From contig CAZARD010000002.1 in NCBI GenBank assembly GCA_964487505.1, forward strand, positions 2,527 to 66,526: a stretch of DNA of 64,000 bases, written 5' to 3'. Below, piece by piece: positions 46,375 through 55,654 of this stretch. The stretch comes from an uncultured Blastocatellaceae bacterium (GTDB lineage Bacteria > Acidobacteriota > Blastocatellia > Pyrinomonadales > Pyrinomonadaceae). Below the pieces are notes generated by a model that did no database searches, was not told the DNA's origin, and was given only the letters and a program-made list of their open reading frames with translations. Positions within the stretch are counted from its first letter, which is position 1, and every line of letters starts with the position of its first letter. Both the position numbers and the translations under genes were made by a program.

Positions 46375-47664
46375 TCACGAGTTCCGCCGGTCCTGTGACT
46401 CCGCGTTATCGCGGATTCGCACGGCCGCGAGCATCGCTCCCATCAGCAGCCACAGGTGCCGCGCATCTTCGAACGAGCCTGTTAGACCCTGATAGAAAAA
46501 ACCGCATATTAGGCCGACCGCAAGCGTCCGCGACAATCGATCGGACCGCCAGGACCGTCGGCATAAGGGGATGACGATCGCCAGAAGCGAGATGAGTCCG
46601 ATCAATCCAGAATCTGCCGCGACATTTATGAAGGTATTGTGCGCATCGGCCAGCGTTTGCGTCCTGCCTGACGGATCGATGTAACTGATACGAAAGGGAT
46701 CGACTCCGGTGCCGCGGCCGAGGATCGGATCCGCTACGAACGCCGCGAGACCCGCCTGCCAGGTTATGAACCGTGCGCTCGGTTCAAAATGAACGCTGGC
46801 GACGTCGAACGAGAAGAGCGAATCGGGCTGCCGGGCATACGAGACGGCCGAGGCGATGAAGAACGTGAACGCGGCGCACGCGAGCGCCAACGTCAGAGTC
46901 GGGCGCAGCCAGACGGCCCGCGGCATCTGGAGATCGGAATATGCAAACAGCGCGGCCGCCAGAAATATGCCTCCGACTCCGGGCGAGATCGTCAACAACG
47001 CGCAGAGCCCGACGACGGTTAGCAGAATCGCGGCGAGCCCGCGTCCGATAACGTCGGTTCGGAGTCCGGCAACGACGATCACGGCGCCGACGTTGAGGTA
47101 GTTCGCGAGCATATTGGCGTTCACGAAGGTCGCCGCGACACGCGGATAGTCCCCTGGCGGCAGCGTGCCTTTGTGAAACAGCGTGTAAGAAAGAACGGGA
47201 TTGTCGGGCGCGATGTAGAACAGAACGGCCGACAGCACGCCCGACAACGACACGACCGAAACCGCGGCGATCCAGACCCGTAGAACAAGCTTCAGATCCT
47301 CATCGTTTCGGACCATCAGGAACGTAATGAACGGTATCGACGCCAAATAGAGTTTCCCGATCAGTTTGATCAGGCTTTGCCACGGATCGGCCGAGAACAG
47401 CGTGGAGAGTGTCAGCGCAATTGCCAAGCTTGCGGCCGGGATCAAGTAGCTGTCCCACCGGAGTTGTATCGAATGCGCAAGCAACGAGACGAAGACCGCG
47501 ACGCAAACGACCGCGAAGACGGCGTCCGATATCTGAACCGATACACCCGCGACCTTCAACGCCGGCTGCATGAACCCGAGCGCGAAGACATACAGAAGAA
47601 AGAGCCAAAATGCAGGTCTAGCCGACATCTTTGAGCAGCCTTGCGATGGCGTCCGCGAACTCAT
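46375..47664 (-). CDS. O-antigen ligase / polymerase family membrane protein (Wzy_C-like)
   Basis: About 11 TM helices and a large periplasmic loop followed by the HNTFINVAADSGLIGL block typical of the family. An alternative start is Met13 (47628). Confidence 0.7.
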   Translation of the reverse strand: MSSRTPSQGCSKMSARPAFWLFLLYVFALGFMQPALKVAGVSVQISDAVFAVVCVAVFVSLLAHSIQLRWDSYLIPAASLAIALTLSTLFSADPWQSLIKLIGKLYLASIPFITFLMVRNDEDLKLVLRVWIAAVSVVSLSGVLSAVLFYIAPDNPVLSYTLFHKGTLPPGDYPRVAATFVNANMLANYLNVGAVIVVAGLRTDVIGRGLAAILLTVVGLCALLTISPGVGGIFLAAALFAYSDLQMPRAVWLRPTLTLALACAAFTFFIASAVSYARQPDSLFSFDVASVHFEPSARFITWQAGLAAFVADPILGRGTGVDPFRISYIDPSGRTQTLADAHNTFINVAADSGLIGLISLLAIVIPLCRRSWRSDRLSRTLAVGLICGFFYQGLTGSFEDARHLWLLMGAMLAAVRIRDNAESQDRRNS

Positions 47665-48526
47665 TTATCTCGAAGTTCTGCGGATCGTCGTGGGCATCCT
47701 TGATTCCGGCGTCGATCGCCGAGTGATACGCCGGGACAAGCCACGATCCGCGCCTCGCGCTCGCCGCGAGATAAAGCAGCGCGAGCCGTTCGTATTGCGC
47801 GTCAGAAAAACCCGGGATCGGCGCGATCAGATCATTGTTCGGATTGGCCGACGCCGGATCGCGCCGCCGCGGCTGAACAAGTTCGATATGGATCTGAAGC
47901 CCCTTCGCTTCAGTCTTCAGGAAATCGCGCGCGAATTTCGTGCCGAACCCCTTTCTGACCGGTTCGGCAAAAGGCGTCGCGGTGAGCGACGCGCCAAGCC
48001 GGTTGACGAACACGTGCGCCACCGGCTGATTGATCCAAACCGAGAGCTTGTTTCCGCGCGCCGCCGGATTCGTGTCGAGATCGGCAGGGAACTCGGCGTC
48101 GATCAGGTTCGGCGTCGACGTGTCGTGGATGATGAAATAGAGCGCCGTAATCGTGGAGCCATCGGGAAGCCGGGCCGAAGACAACGGAAGATTGAGGTCG
48201 CCACCGATCTCGTCCTCGGCGATGCCCCTTTTCTCAAGATACTTCCGGATCTTGTCGCGATTCGGTTTGACGGGCTTGCCGATCAGCCTTTCAAGCGGCG
48301 CCGGCAGTTTCCGAAGCGCTTCGCCGAGCGCTCCGCCTTTGCCGTTCGGCCTCAGCAGGCAGCGGGCCTGCTCGACGGGGCTGCCCGCAAACTGCAGCGT
48401 CGCAGGGTCGAACGCACAGGGTTGGTTCTGCGCCCAAACGTCCATAAACGAGAGAACGACCATCGCCGCCGCACAGACAGATCGCCGCAGAATGGCCGTT
48501 GATTCAGGGGACTTCGTCGATTCCAT
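47618..48526 (-). CDS. secreted Amidase_2/PGRP-like (N-acetylmuramoyl-L-alanine amidase fold) protein, tentative
   Basis: Signal peptide, then blocks FIIHDTS, HVFVNRLG, HIELV and YHSAID..KDAHDDPQNF that resemble the AmpD/T7-lysozyme zinc-amidase layout. It overlaps the ligase gene start. Confidence 0.45.
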   Translation of the reverse strand: MESTKSPESTAILRRSVCAAAMVVLSFMDVWAQNQPCAFDPATLQFAGSPVEQARCLLRPNGKGGALGEALRKLPAPLERLIGKPVKPNRDKIRKYLEKRGIAEDEIGGDLNLPLSSARLPDGSTITALYFIIHDTSTPNLIDAEFPADLDTNPAARGNKLSVWINQPVAHVFVNRLGASLTATPFAEPVRKGFGTKFARDFLKTEAKGLQIHIELVQPRRRDPASANPNNDLIAPIPGFSDAQYERLALLYLAASARRGSWLVPAYHSAIDAGIKDAHDDPQNFEINEFADAIARLLKDVG

Positions 48527-48807
48527 GATTCCAGGGATGTCGTCGAATCGAGGGATTCCACGAATTCAAAAGTTCCAGAGATTCCAAGGATTCCAAGATT
48601 CCACGGATTCCAAGATTCCAGGGATTCGAATGATTCCAGAGATTCCAAGGATTCCAAGATTTCACGGATTCCAAGATTCCAGGGATGCCGTCGATTCCAA
48701 GGATTCCAAGGATTCCAAGATTCCAGAGCTTCTTAGGATGCCATAATTCCACGAATTTCTTCGATTCCAGAGATTGGGGCGATTTCAGGAATTCCAGCGC
48801 TTCCAGG
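48519..48807. repeat. 290-bp GATTCCA-type tandem array with 61-bp higher-order repeat
   Basis: Units are (R)(R)GATTCCA. Positions 48575-48635 and 48636-48696 form a near-identical 61-bp duplication. The ATG at 48526 lies inside the first unit. Confidence 0.95.
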
Positions 48808-48910
48808 CTCGTGGAGATGTCTCAAAAATCTAACGCTGTCCGTTGGCGAACGCCGACCAGCTTCTGGATTTCAAAGCTTGACAAACCACCCCAAGAAGAA
48901 AGAAATCCTT

Positions 48911-48994
48911 CCAAAATCCAAAATCCAAAATCCAAAATCCGAAATCCAAAATCCGAAATCCAAAATCCGAAATCCAAAATCCAAAATCCCAAAT
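48911..48994. repeat. 12-unit heptamer array CCAAAAT/CCGAAAT
   Basis: Perfectly in-phase 7-mers ending 8 nt from the SIS gene stop codon (49003). Confidence 0.95.
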
Positions 48995-49002
48995 GGCTCC
49001 GC

Positions 49003-50037
49003 TCAGATCGTCTTCGTGACCTTTGAAAGCGAGCGCGGAGCGTCGGCGTCGAGCCCTTTCTCGCGGGCGAGCATCGCGGCGAACAACTGGGCCGGAATTA
49101 TGAACGGGATTGGCGACAGAAACTCGTCGATCTCCGACGGCATCAGCAGCGATCTGGAGCTGAGTTTCGCGATCTCCGGATCGTTCGTTATCGCGAGGGA
49201 GTCGGCGTGAAGCTCGCGAAGGCGGTTCAACAGATCGACATTGCTCGCGCGCGTGACGCCCGACGGCCCGAAGAGTATCACCGGAAAGCGGCGCTCGACT
49301 ATCGCCAGAGGCCCGTGGAAGAAATCGGCGGACGAAAAGCGCTCGGCGACGACGTAACAGGTCTCCATCAGTTTGAGCGCGAGTTCGTATGAGTTTCCGT
49401 AGTTCAGGCCGCGACCGACGACGACGCAGTTTTCCATAAAGACGTAACGCCGCACGAGTTCCTCGACCTCGGATGTGAGCTGCAGCGCCTGGGCCGCGAA
49501 ATGCGGGATACGTTCATAATCGATCTCGCTTGCGCCAAGCGCCGCGGCGAGCATGTAAAAATGGAGCATCTGGCCGGAGTAGGTCTTGGTCGCGGCGACC
49601 GACTTTTCACGTCCGGCGTGAATCAGCAGCGTCTCATCCGCGATTTGCGCCATCGAAGAGCCGGATTCGTTCGTGATCGCGAGAGTGAGCGCTCCGGAAG
49701 CCTTGGCCTTCTCGAGCACCTCGTTGATGTCCGTGCCCTCGCCTGACTGCGATACGCCGATGACGAGCGCCCGCTTCAGGTTGAGCGTCGCTCCATAAAG
49801 CGTGAAGACCGACGGCGCCGACAGCGATACCGGGATTCCGGTCGTGATCTCAAGCAGATATCTTCCGAAGAAGGAGGCATTGTCCGAACTGCCGCGTGCG
49901 ACGAGCACGATCAGATCGATCTCGCGCGACTCAAGCGTTCGGCGCAGCGCGGCGTATTTGGCGCGTTCAGCCTGAATGGTTCGTTCGAGGACCACCGGTT
50001 GTTCGGCGATCTCCTGCAGCATTATCGACATAGTCAA
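49003..50037 (-). CDS. SIS-domain sugar-phosphate isomerase/deaminase (GlmS C-terminal-like)
   Basis: Two SIS domains, with the VARGSSDNA and GVSQSGEGTD motifs. Confidence 0.85.
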   Translation of the reverse strand: MTMSIMLQEIAEQPVVLERTIQAERAKYAALRRTLESREIDLIVLVARGSSDNASFFGRYLLEITTGIPVSLSAPSVFTLYGATLNLKRALVIGVSQSGEGTDINEVLEKAKASGALTLAITNESGSSMAQIADETLLIHAGREKSVAATKTYSGQMLHFYMLAAALGASEIDYERIPHFAAQALQLTSEVEELVRRYVFMENCVVVGRGLNYGNSYELALKLMETCYVVAERFSSADFFHGPLAIVERRFPVILFGPSGVTRASNVDLLNRLRELHADSLAITNDPEIAKLSSRSLLMPSEIDEFLSPIPFIIPAQLFAAMLAREKGLDADAPRSLSKVTKTI

Positions 50038-50915
50038 ACGATCTCCGCGGAGGCCGATGCCATTGCCCCGCGCATCTTGTTAAGTTCTTTCAGGACCGCA
50101 TTTATCGCTCCGCCGACGAGTATGACCAACGCTGTCAAATACAGCCAAAGCATCAGGATGATGACGGCGCCGAGCGATCCGTACGTCCTATTGTAGGTGT
50201 TGAAGTACTCAAGATAAAGGCGGAACCCGTTTGTCAGCAACAGCCAGAGTACTATGGCGACGATCGAACCGGGCGTGATCCAGCGCCATTCAGCTTCCGG
50301 ATACGACGGCATCAGATTGTAGATCAGTTCGCAGGCGAACAGCATTATCGCGAGCATCGCGATCCACTCGACCGTGACGAGCGCGAGCGGCGACGTCAGA
50401 CCGATACCGACCGATGCGAGACCGAGCTGCACGATCTGCCATCCGTAAAAGACAAACGCGAGCACGAGCGCGGCGAGGATCGTCAGCGCGATCGTCATAC
50501 CGATCGAAAGCGCCTTGGTCTTGAACCAGACGCGCGTCTCCTTGACGCCGTAAACCGAATTCAGGGCGATCCGCAGCGAATCCATCCCCGCCGAAGCCGA
50601 CCAGACCGCGATCAGGATACCGATCGTCAGTTTGCCGCCGGAACTGTTCGCGATGATCTCTTCGACAGTTCGCTGGACCAGGTCAAATGCCGTGAGCGGC
50701 ATCAACTGGCGCATATAGGCATAAAGTTCCGTCTTAAGTTCGGCGGTCGAGTCGAGGACGAGTCCGAAAAGCGAGACGAGGAAAAAGAGGAGCGGAAAAA
50801 TCGAGAACGAGAAATAGAAGGCGACCTGCGCCGCCCGGCTGAAGATATCGTCGTGAAACGCCTTCCTGTATAGAAGTCGGACGAAATCGATGACGTTGAA
50901 CAATGCGTCGATCAT
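50034..50915 (-). CDS. YihY/BrkB family membrane protein
   Basis: 6-TM pattern with the conserved N-terminus FHDDIFSRAAQVAFYFSFSIFPLL. A 4-nt overlap links it to the SIS gene. Confidence 0.85.
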   Translation of the reverse strand: MIDALFNVIDFVRLLYRKAFHDDIFSRAAQVAFYFSFSIFPLLFFLVSLFGLVLDSTAELKTELYAYMRQLMPLTAFDLVQRTVEEIIANSSGGKLTIGILIAVWSASAGMDSLRIALNSVYGVKETRVWFKTKALSIGMTIALTILAALVLAFVFYGWQIVQLGLASVGIGLTSPLALVTVEWIAMLAIMLFACELIYNLMPSYPEAEWRWITPGSIVAIVLWLLLTNGFRLYLEYFNTYNRTYGSLGAVIILMLWLYLTALVILVGGAINAVLKELNKMRGAMASASAEIV

Positions 50916-50939
50916 TCAGCCGGACAGCGATCGGTCTTG

Positions 50940-51527
50940 TTAGCCGCGGGAGCGCTCGAGAAGCACCATCATCAGAACGCTGAGAAGCACGCGCGTCTCC
51001 TCGTCCGCCGACATCTGCCCGGCCGGTTCGAGATTGAACTTGCCCTCGAACATCGCTGCCTGCTTGCTGAGGCGGGCGACCGGCGACCCGTCGGTCCGCG
51101 TAACGAGGTACGTCGGATTGAAGACATAGCCCGAAAGAATCCCGATGATCGGCAGCTCTCCGAAAAGCGCATCGGCAACCTTGACCCAGCCGTTCTCTTC
51201 GTTGATCTTCATCACTTGGTTGCCGGAGGCGTCGAAGATGTCGTAGTTGGCCTTCCAGATCGAACGCATTCCCTGGCGTTTGATGGCCCCTATGACCGAG
51301 CCGCCCGCGTTCGTGAAGGTATAGTTCGCGGACCAGTCGATAACGCGGTCGGCCTTGATGTTGAACAGAAGCTGCGTTTGCGCCTCATCGGCAAAGATGT
51401 TGATGTCTTCCTTGAGCTTGAACATCTTCTGTTTGAGATATCCGATCAAGGCACCCGTGCCGTCGTTGATGTAGATCTGATTGGCAAGCGCCAACAGCTT
51501 GAAACTCAATGAAATGGGGTAATTCAT
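50940..51527 (-). CDS. LURP-one-related / YxjI-like (tubby C-terminal fold) protein, tentative
   Basis: 195 aa. A repeated beta-strand pattern (KQKMFKLKEDINIF...) resembles the B. subtilis YxjI / DUF567 family. Confidence 0.4.
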   Translation of the reverse strand: MNYPISLSFKLLALANQIYINDGTGALIGYLKQKMFKLKEDINIFADEAQTQLLFNIKADRVIDWSANYTFTNAGGSVIGAIKRQGMRSIWKANYDIFDASGNQVMKINEENGWVKVADALFGELPIIGILSGYVFNPTYLVTRTDGSPVARLSKQAAMFEGKFNLEPAGQMSADEETRVLLSVLMMVLLERSRG

Positions 51528-51548
51528 ATGTTTATTGAACTCTCACTC

Positions 51549-51569
51549 GGAAAATCGAAAATCGAAGAT
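51549..51569. repeat. mini heptamer repeat (GAAAATC x2-3)
   Basis: GGAAAATCGAAAATCGAAGAT, about 20 nt upstream of the ATG at 51527. Confidence 0.6.
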
Positions 51570-51686
51570 AGTGTAATTGAAAACGGGCGAGGTTCAAAGA
51601 CGGAAGATGACGGAACGCAAAGGCGATCCGACCGGACGTGCGGCCGATTTCGCCGCCCGGCCGCTTATGCGTCCGATAACGCGGTT

Positions 51687-52337
51687 TCACATCAGGCGGC
51701 GGTATTCGTCCGCCGTGCCGTCGGCCACCGCGGACCGTTGTTCCTCAAGTAACGCTTCGAGCCCGGCGGCCATCGCGGACGCGGAAAGCGTGCCGGGAGG
51801 GAACGGCTCGCCGGCCCGGGCGAAAATGTCTGGCTTGAACTCCCGACCGAACGAATAACTCAGCGCGAGCGGGACGAGCCGGCATTCGGGAACCCGATCG
51901 GCGATCTTCCGGATCCCCGATTCGAAAGTGATCGGCCGGCGATCGGCGGGCTCGATCTTGCCCTGTGGAAAGATGAGCAGCGCCCGCGAAGGCGATCCCG
52001 CAAGCAGCGCGGCGGCGTAGTCTATGCTTTCGAGCGCCGACCGCGCGTTGCCGCGATCGACCGAAAACGCGCCGAGAAGACGGAACAGGGGATACCGTCG
52101 CAGATTCTTCTCCTCCATCATGACGAAGAGGTCCGCACCCGCGCGGCGCATCAGTTCGTAGCAAACGAGCCCGTCCCACCAGCTTGAGTGATTCGCAAAG
52201 ACGATTTTCGGAACGTCGGCCGGCGCGAGCGATTCAATGTCCCGCGCCCACAAGGCATTGAAACGCCGCCGAAGCAGATTGCGGTTGTAGGCGCGAAACA
52301 CGGTATCGAACCAGCGGTTTTTTCTTGCGGTCAGCAT
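51687..52337 (-). CDS. lysophospholipid (1-acylglycerol-3-phosphate-type) acyltransferase
   Basis: HX4D motif (NHSSWWD) and an FPQGK block. Confidence 0.8.
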   Translation of the reverse strand: MLTARKNRWFDTVFRAYNRNLLRRRFNALWARDIESLAPADVPKIVFANHSSWWDGLVCYELMRRAGADLFVMMEEKNLRRYPLFRLLGAFSVDRGNARSALESIDYAAALLAGSPSRALLIFPQGKIEPADRRPITFESGIRKIADRVPECRLVPLALSYSFGREFKPDIFARAGEPFPPGTLSASAMAAGLEALLEEQRSAVADGTADEYRRLM

Positions 52338-52357
52338 ATCGACGCACCGGCGCCAAC

Positions 52358-53512
52358 TCAGGCCAGTCTCGGTTCTCCCGATTCAAGAAAAACGCGCGGC
52401 ACGCGCCTGCTGATGCCGCACGTGATCTCGTATGAAATCGTACCGGCCTGGCGGGCCACTTCCTCGGCCTTCGGCGCGATTCCGTTCCGGTCCCCGAAGA
52501 GGCAAACCTCGTCGTCCAGAGAGGCGTCCGGGATATCCGTGACGTCGATGATCGTCCAGTCCATCGATACGCGTCCGACGATCGGTGCCGCCTTTCCGCG
52601 GACCGCGATCGACCCGACGTTGGAAAGCGAGCGGGGCAATCCGTCCTGATAGCCGATCGGCAGCGTCGCGATCAGGGAATCCCGTTCCGCGACGAAGGTT
52701 CGTCCGTAACCGATCGATTCGCCCGCAGCGACCCGTTTCAAATGCGCGATCCGCGTGCGAAGGCTCATCACCGGGCGAAGTTCGGGCTTTTCCGCGCCCG
52801 GGGGGAGAACGTCATCGCCGAGTCCGTAGAGGATGCCGCCAAGCCTCACAAGGTTTCGGCGAGACTCGGGGTGAGCGATCGCCCCGGGCGAATTCGCGAG
52901 ATTGAAGTAAACCGGATTCAACCCTTTCGACCGGAATCTGGCGACGGCGGCGTCGAACCGTTCGATCTGCGCCCGCGTGAAATCCGGGTCCGAGTCGGCA
53001 GCGCCGAAATGCGTCATCACGCCGGCAACGCGGAGATTCCGCATCACCGAAAGGCGATCGATGAACCGTTCCAATTCGTCGGGGCGGACGCCGACGCGAC
53101 CCATTCCCGTGTCGATCTTGACGTGCACATCGGCGACCAGGCCCCGGGCCGCCGCGGCCCGGTCAAAAAGGGAAGCCCGGTCCGCATTGAAGACCACCGG
53201 AGTGATGTGATTATCGAAAAGGAGTTCCTCCTGCCCGGGCCAAAAACTGCCGAGACAGAGAATGAGCTTCCTGATGCCCGCCTGTCGCAATTCGACGCCC
53301 TCCTGCGGGAGCGCGACGCCGAACCAGTCGACGCCCTCGCGCTCGAGCCGGCGGGCACATTCGACGGCGCCGTGCCCGTAGGCGTCCGCCTTGACCACTG
53401 CCATGATCTTGGCGTCGCCGCCGATGAAGGCCTTCGCCGAATGGAAGTTGAACGCGAGATTGTCGAGATCGATCTCGGCCCAGGTCGGACGCTGTATCGC
53501 GATTTTCGGCAT
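52358..53512 (-). CDS. alr: alanine racemase
   Basis: PLP-lysine motif VVKADAYGHGA and the full-length Alr pattern. Confidence 0.95.
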   Translation of the reverse strand: MPKIAIQRPTWAEIDLDNLAFNFHSAKAFIGGDAKIMAVVKADAYGHGAVECARRLEREGVDWFGVALPQEGVELRQAGIRKLILCLGSFWPGQEELLFDNHITPVVFNADRASLFDRAAAARGLVADVHVKIDTGMGRVGVRPDELERFIDRLSVMRNLRVAGVMTHFGAADSDPDFTRAQIERFDAAVARFRSKGLNPVYFNLANSPGAIAHPESRRNLVRLGGILYGLGDDVLPPGAEKPELRPVMSLRTRIAHLKRVAAGESIGYGRTFVAERDSLIATLPIGYQDGLPRSLSNVGSIAVRGKAAPIVGRVSMDWTIIDVTDIPDASLDDEVCLFGDRNGIAPKAEEVARQAGTISYEITCGISRRVPRVFLESGEPRLA

Positions 53513-53601
53513 TCGGAAAACTTAAAGTGATGCCTGAAGCGTGCGGCGCAAGACCTCACAGATTGCATTAGGTGTCTGCGCCGCAACAGTTCAAGTGCTT
53601 T

Positions 53602-55164
53602 CTAAAGCGGAATATTTCCGTGTTTTTTCGGCGGGTTCGAATCGCTCTTGTTCTGGAGAAGCTGAAGAGCGCGTATCAGTTTCGGCCTCGTGGCCTTTGG
53701 CTCGATGACCTCGTCGACGAAGCCGCGTTCGGCCGCGACATACGGGTTTGCGAATTTCTCGTTGAACTCGTTGATCAAGTCGGTCCGGGTCTGTTCCGGA
53801 TTCGTCGTCTCGAGCAGGTCCTTGCGGTAAAGCAGTCCGACCGCGCCTTCCGCGCCCATCACGGCGATCTCGGCCGAAGGGTACGCGAAGTTGATGTCGG
53901 TGCGGATATGCTTGGAGGCCATGACGCAGTAGGCGCCGCCGTACGCCTTGCGCGTGATGACGGTGATCTTCGGCACCGTCGCTTCGGCAAATGCGTAAAG
54001 CAGCTTCGCGCCGTGTCGAATGATCCCGAAATGCTCCTGATTGACGCCCGGCAGGAAGCCCGGGACATCCTCGAACGTGATCAGGGGGATATTGAAACAG
54101 TCGCAGAAACGCACGAAACGCGCGGCTTTGACGGACGCGTCGATGTCCAGCACGCCGGCCAGAAAAGCGGGTTGGTTGGCGACGATCCCTACCGAGAATC
54201 CGCCGAGCCTTGCGAACCCGACGACGATGTTCTGCGCGTAATGCTCCTGGATCTCGAAAAAGTAGTTCTCGTCGACGACGCTCCGGACGATGTCGCGGAT
54301 GTCGTACGGCTGGTTCGACGACTCCGGGACGACCGTGTTCAGCTTTTCGTCCATACGGTCGGGCGGATCGTTCGTCGGCACGAACGGCGGGTTCTCGCGG
54401 TTGTTGAGCGGCATGAACGACAGCAGTTCGCGCGTGATCCGCAGGGCGTGTTCGTCGGAATCGGCGGCGAAATGCGCGACGCCGGATTTTGCATTGTGCG
54501 TCAGCGCGCCGCCGAGCTCGTCCTTGGTTACCTCTTCGTGCGTCACGGTCTTGATGACGTCCGGACCGGTTATGAACATATACGACGTGTTCTTGACCAT
54601 GACGTTGAAGTCCGTTATCGCCGGCGAATAAACGGCGCCGCCGGCGCAGGGACCGAGGATGCAGCTGATCTGCGGCACGACGCCGCTCGCGAGCGTGTTC
54701 CTGAGAAAGATGTCGGCATATCCGCCAAGACTTACGACGCCCTCCTGGATGCGCGCGCCGCCCGAGTCGTTGAGTCCGATAACGGGCGCGCCGATCTTCA
54801 TCGCAAGATCCATTACCTTGCAGATCTTCTCGGCGTGCGTTTCGCTGAGACTGCCCCCGAAGACCGTGAAATCCTGGGCGAAAACGAAGACCGGTCGGCC
54901 GTCGACAAGACCGTGGCCGGTGACGACGCCGTCGCCGGGGAAACGTTGTTCGTCGAGACCGAAATCGTGGGACCTGTGCGCGACGAACTTGTCGAATTCC
55001 TCGAAGGTTCCTTCGTCGAGGAAGAAATCGACGCGCTCGCGGGCGGTCATTTTGCCGCCTTTGCGTTGCTTCTCGAGTCGCGCTTCGCCGCCGCCAAGCT
55101 CGGCTTGCCGCGAACGTTCGCGGAGTTGGTCAAGTTTGTTTATGGTTTGAGTTTTGGGTTCCAT
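53602..55164 (-). CDS. acyl-CoA carboxylase carboxyltransferase (beta) subunit, propionyl/methylmalonyl-CoA type
   Basis: 520 aa with two crotonase-like CT domains. The N-terminus [33 protein letters not shown] is typical. Confidence 0.95.
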   Translation of the reverse strand: MEPKTQTINKLDQLRERSRQAELGGGEARLEKQRKGGKMTARERVDFFLDEGTFEEFDKFVAHRSHDFGLDEQRFPGDGVVTGHGLVDGRPVFVFAQDFTVFGGSLSETHAEKICKVMDLAMKIGAPVIGLNDSGGARIQEGVVSLGGYADIFLRNTLASGVVPQISCILGPCAGGAVYSPAITDFNVMVKNTSYMFITGPDVIKTVTHEEVTKDELGGALTHNAKSGVAHFAADSDEHALRITRELLSFMPLNNRENPPFVPTNDPPDRMDEKLNTVVPESSNQPYDIRDIVRSVVDENYFFEIQEHYAQNIVVGFARLGGFSVGIVANQPAFLAGVLDIDASVKAARFVRFCDCFNIPLITFEDVPGFLPGVNQEHFGIIRHGAKLLYAFAEATVPKITVITRKAYGGAYCVMASKHIRTDINFAYPSAEIAVMGAEGAVGLLYRKDLLETTNPEQTRTDLINEFNEKFANPYVAAERGFVDEVIEPKATRPKLIRALQLLQNKSDSNPPKKHGNIPL

Positions 55165-55654
55165 ATGGTTCTTCTTCGATGTTGCCGAACGGAAAATCGC
55201 CGCGTTCGACCATCGCCGTCAGGGTGCTGAGCGCTTGATGCGCGCTATCCCGGACGCTTTGCGGATAATTGTATTGCCGCGCGTTCGACTCGAAATCGTC
55301 GAGATCAAGGATCTCGGGCGCGAGTCCCGGCCAGACGAGAACGTCGAGGTCGAGATCGATGTAATCGAGAACCCCGTCGTTGAACGTCGGCGGCATATTG
55401 ACGTTGCAGTAAAAGTTCCGGAACCGGCCGTCCGGTTGCTGGAACCTGAAGACGTTGTACCAGCGGTCGAGCCAGTAATATTCATAGGAGACCGTACCGC
55501 GTTCGATGGTTCCGAGTTCGGGATGGTCCACCTCCCGATCGAAGACTCCCCGGAAGATCAGCAACCGCGAATCGCTCCGGATCAGTTCGGCCTTCCAGGA
55601 TCGGTGCACCGTACCGTCGAATTTCCGGGCGTTGATCGTTGTTTCGCCGATCAT
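55130..55654 (-). CDS. DUF402 (FomD-like nucleoside di/triphosphatase fold) protein
   Basis: Core WYNVF..FYCNV..P......DYIDLDLD. The start at Met11 overlaps the USP stop (ATGA). The 3' end overlaps the carboxyltransferase start by 35 nt. Confidence 0.7.
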   Translation of the reverse strand: MIGETTINARKFDGTVHRSWKAELIRSDSRLLIFRGVFDREVDHPELGTIERGTVSYEYYWLDRWYNVFRFQQPDGRFRNFYCNVNMPPTFNDGVLDYIDLDLDVLVWPGLAPEILDLDDFESNARQYNYPQSVRDSAHQALSTLTAMVERGDFPFGNIEEEPYGTQNSNHKQT

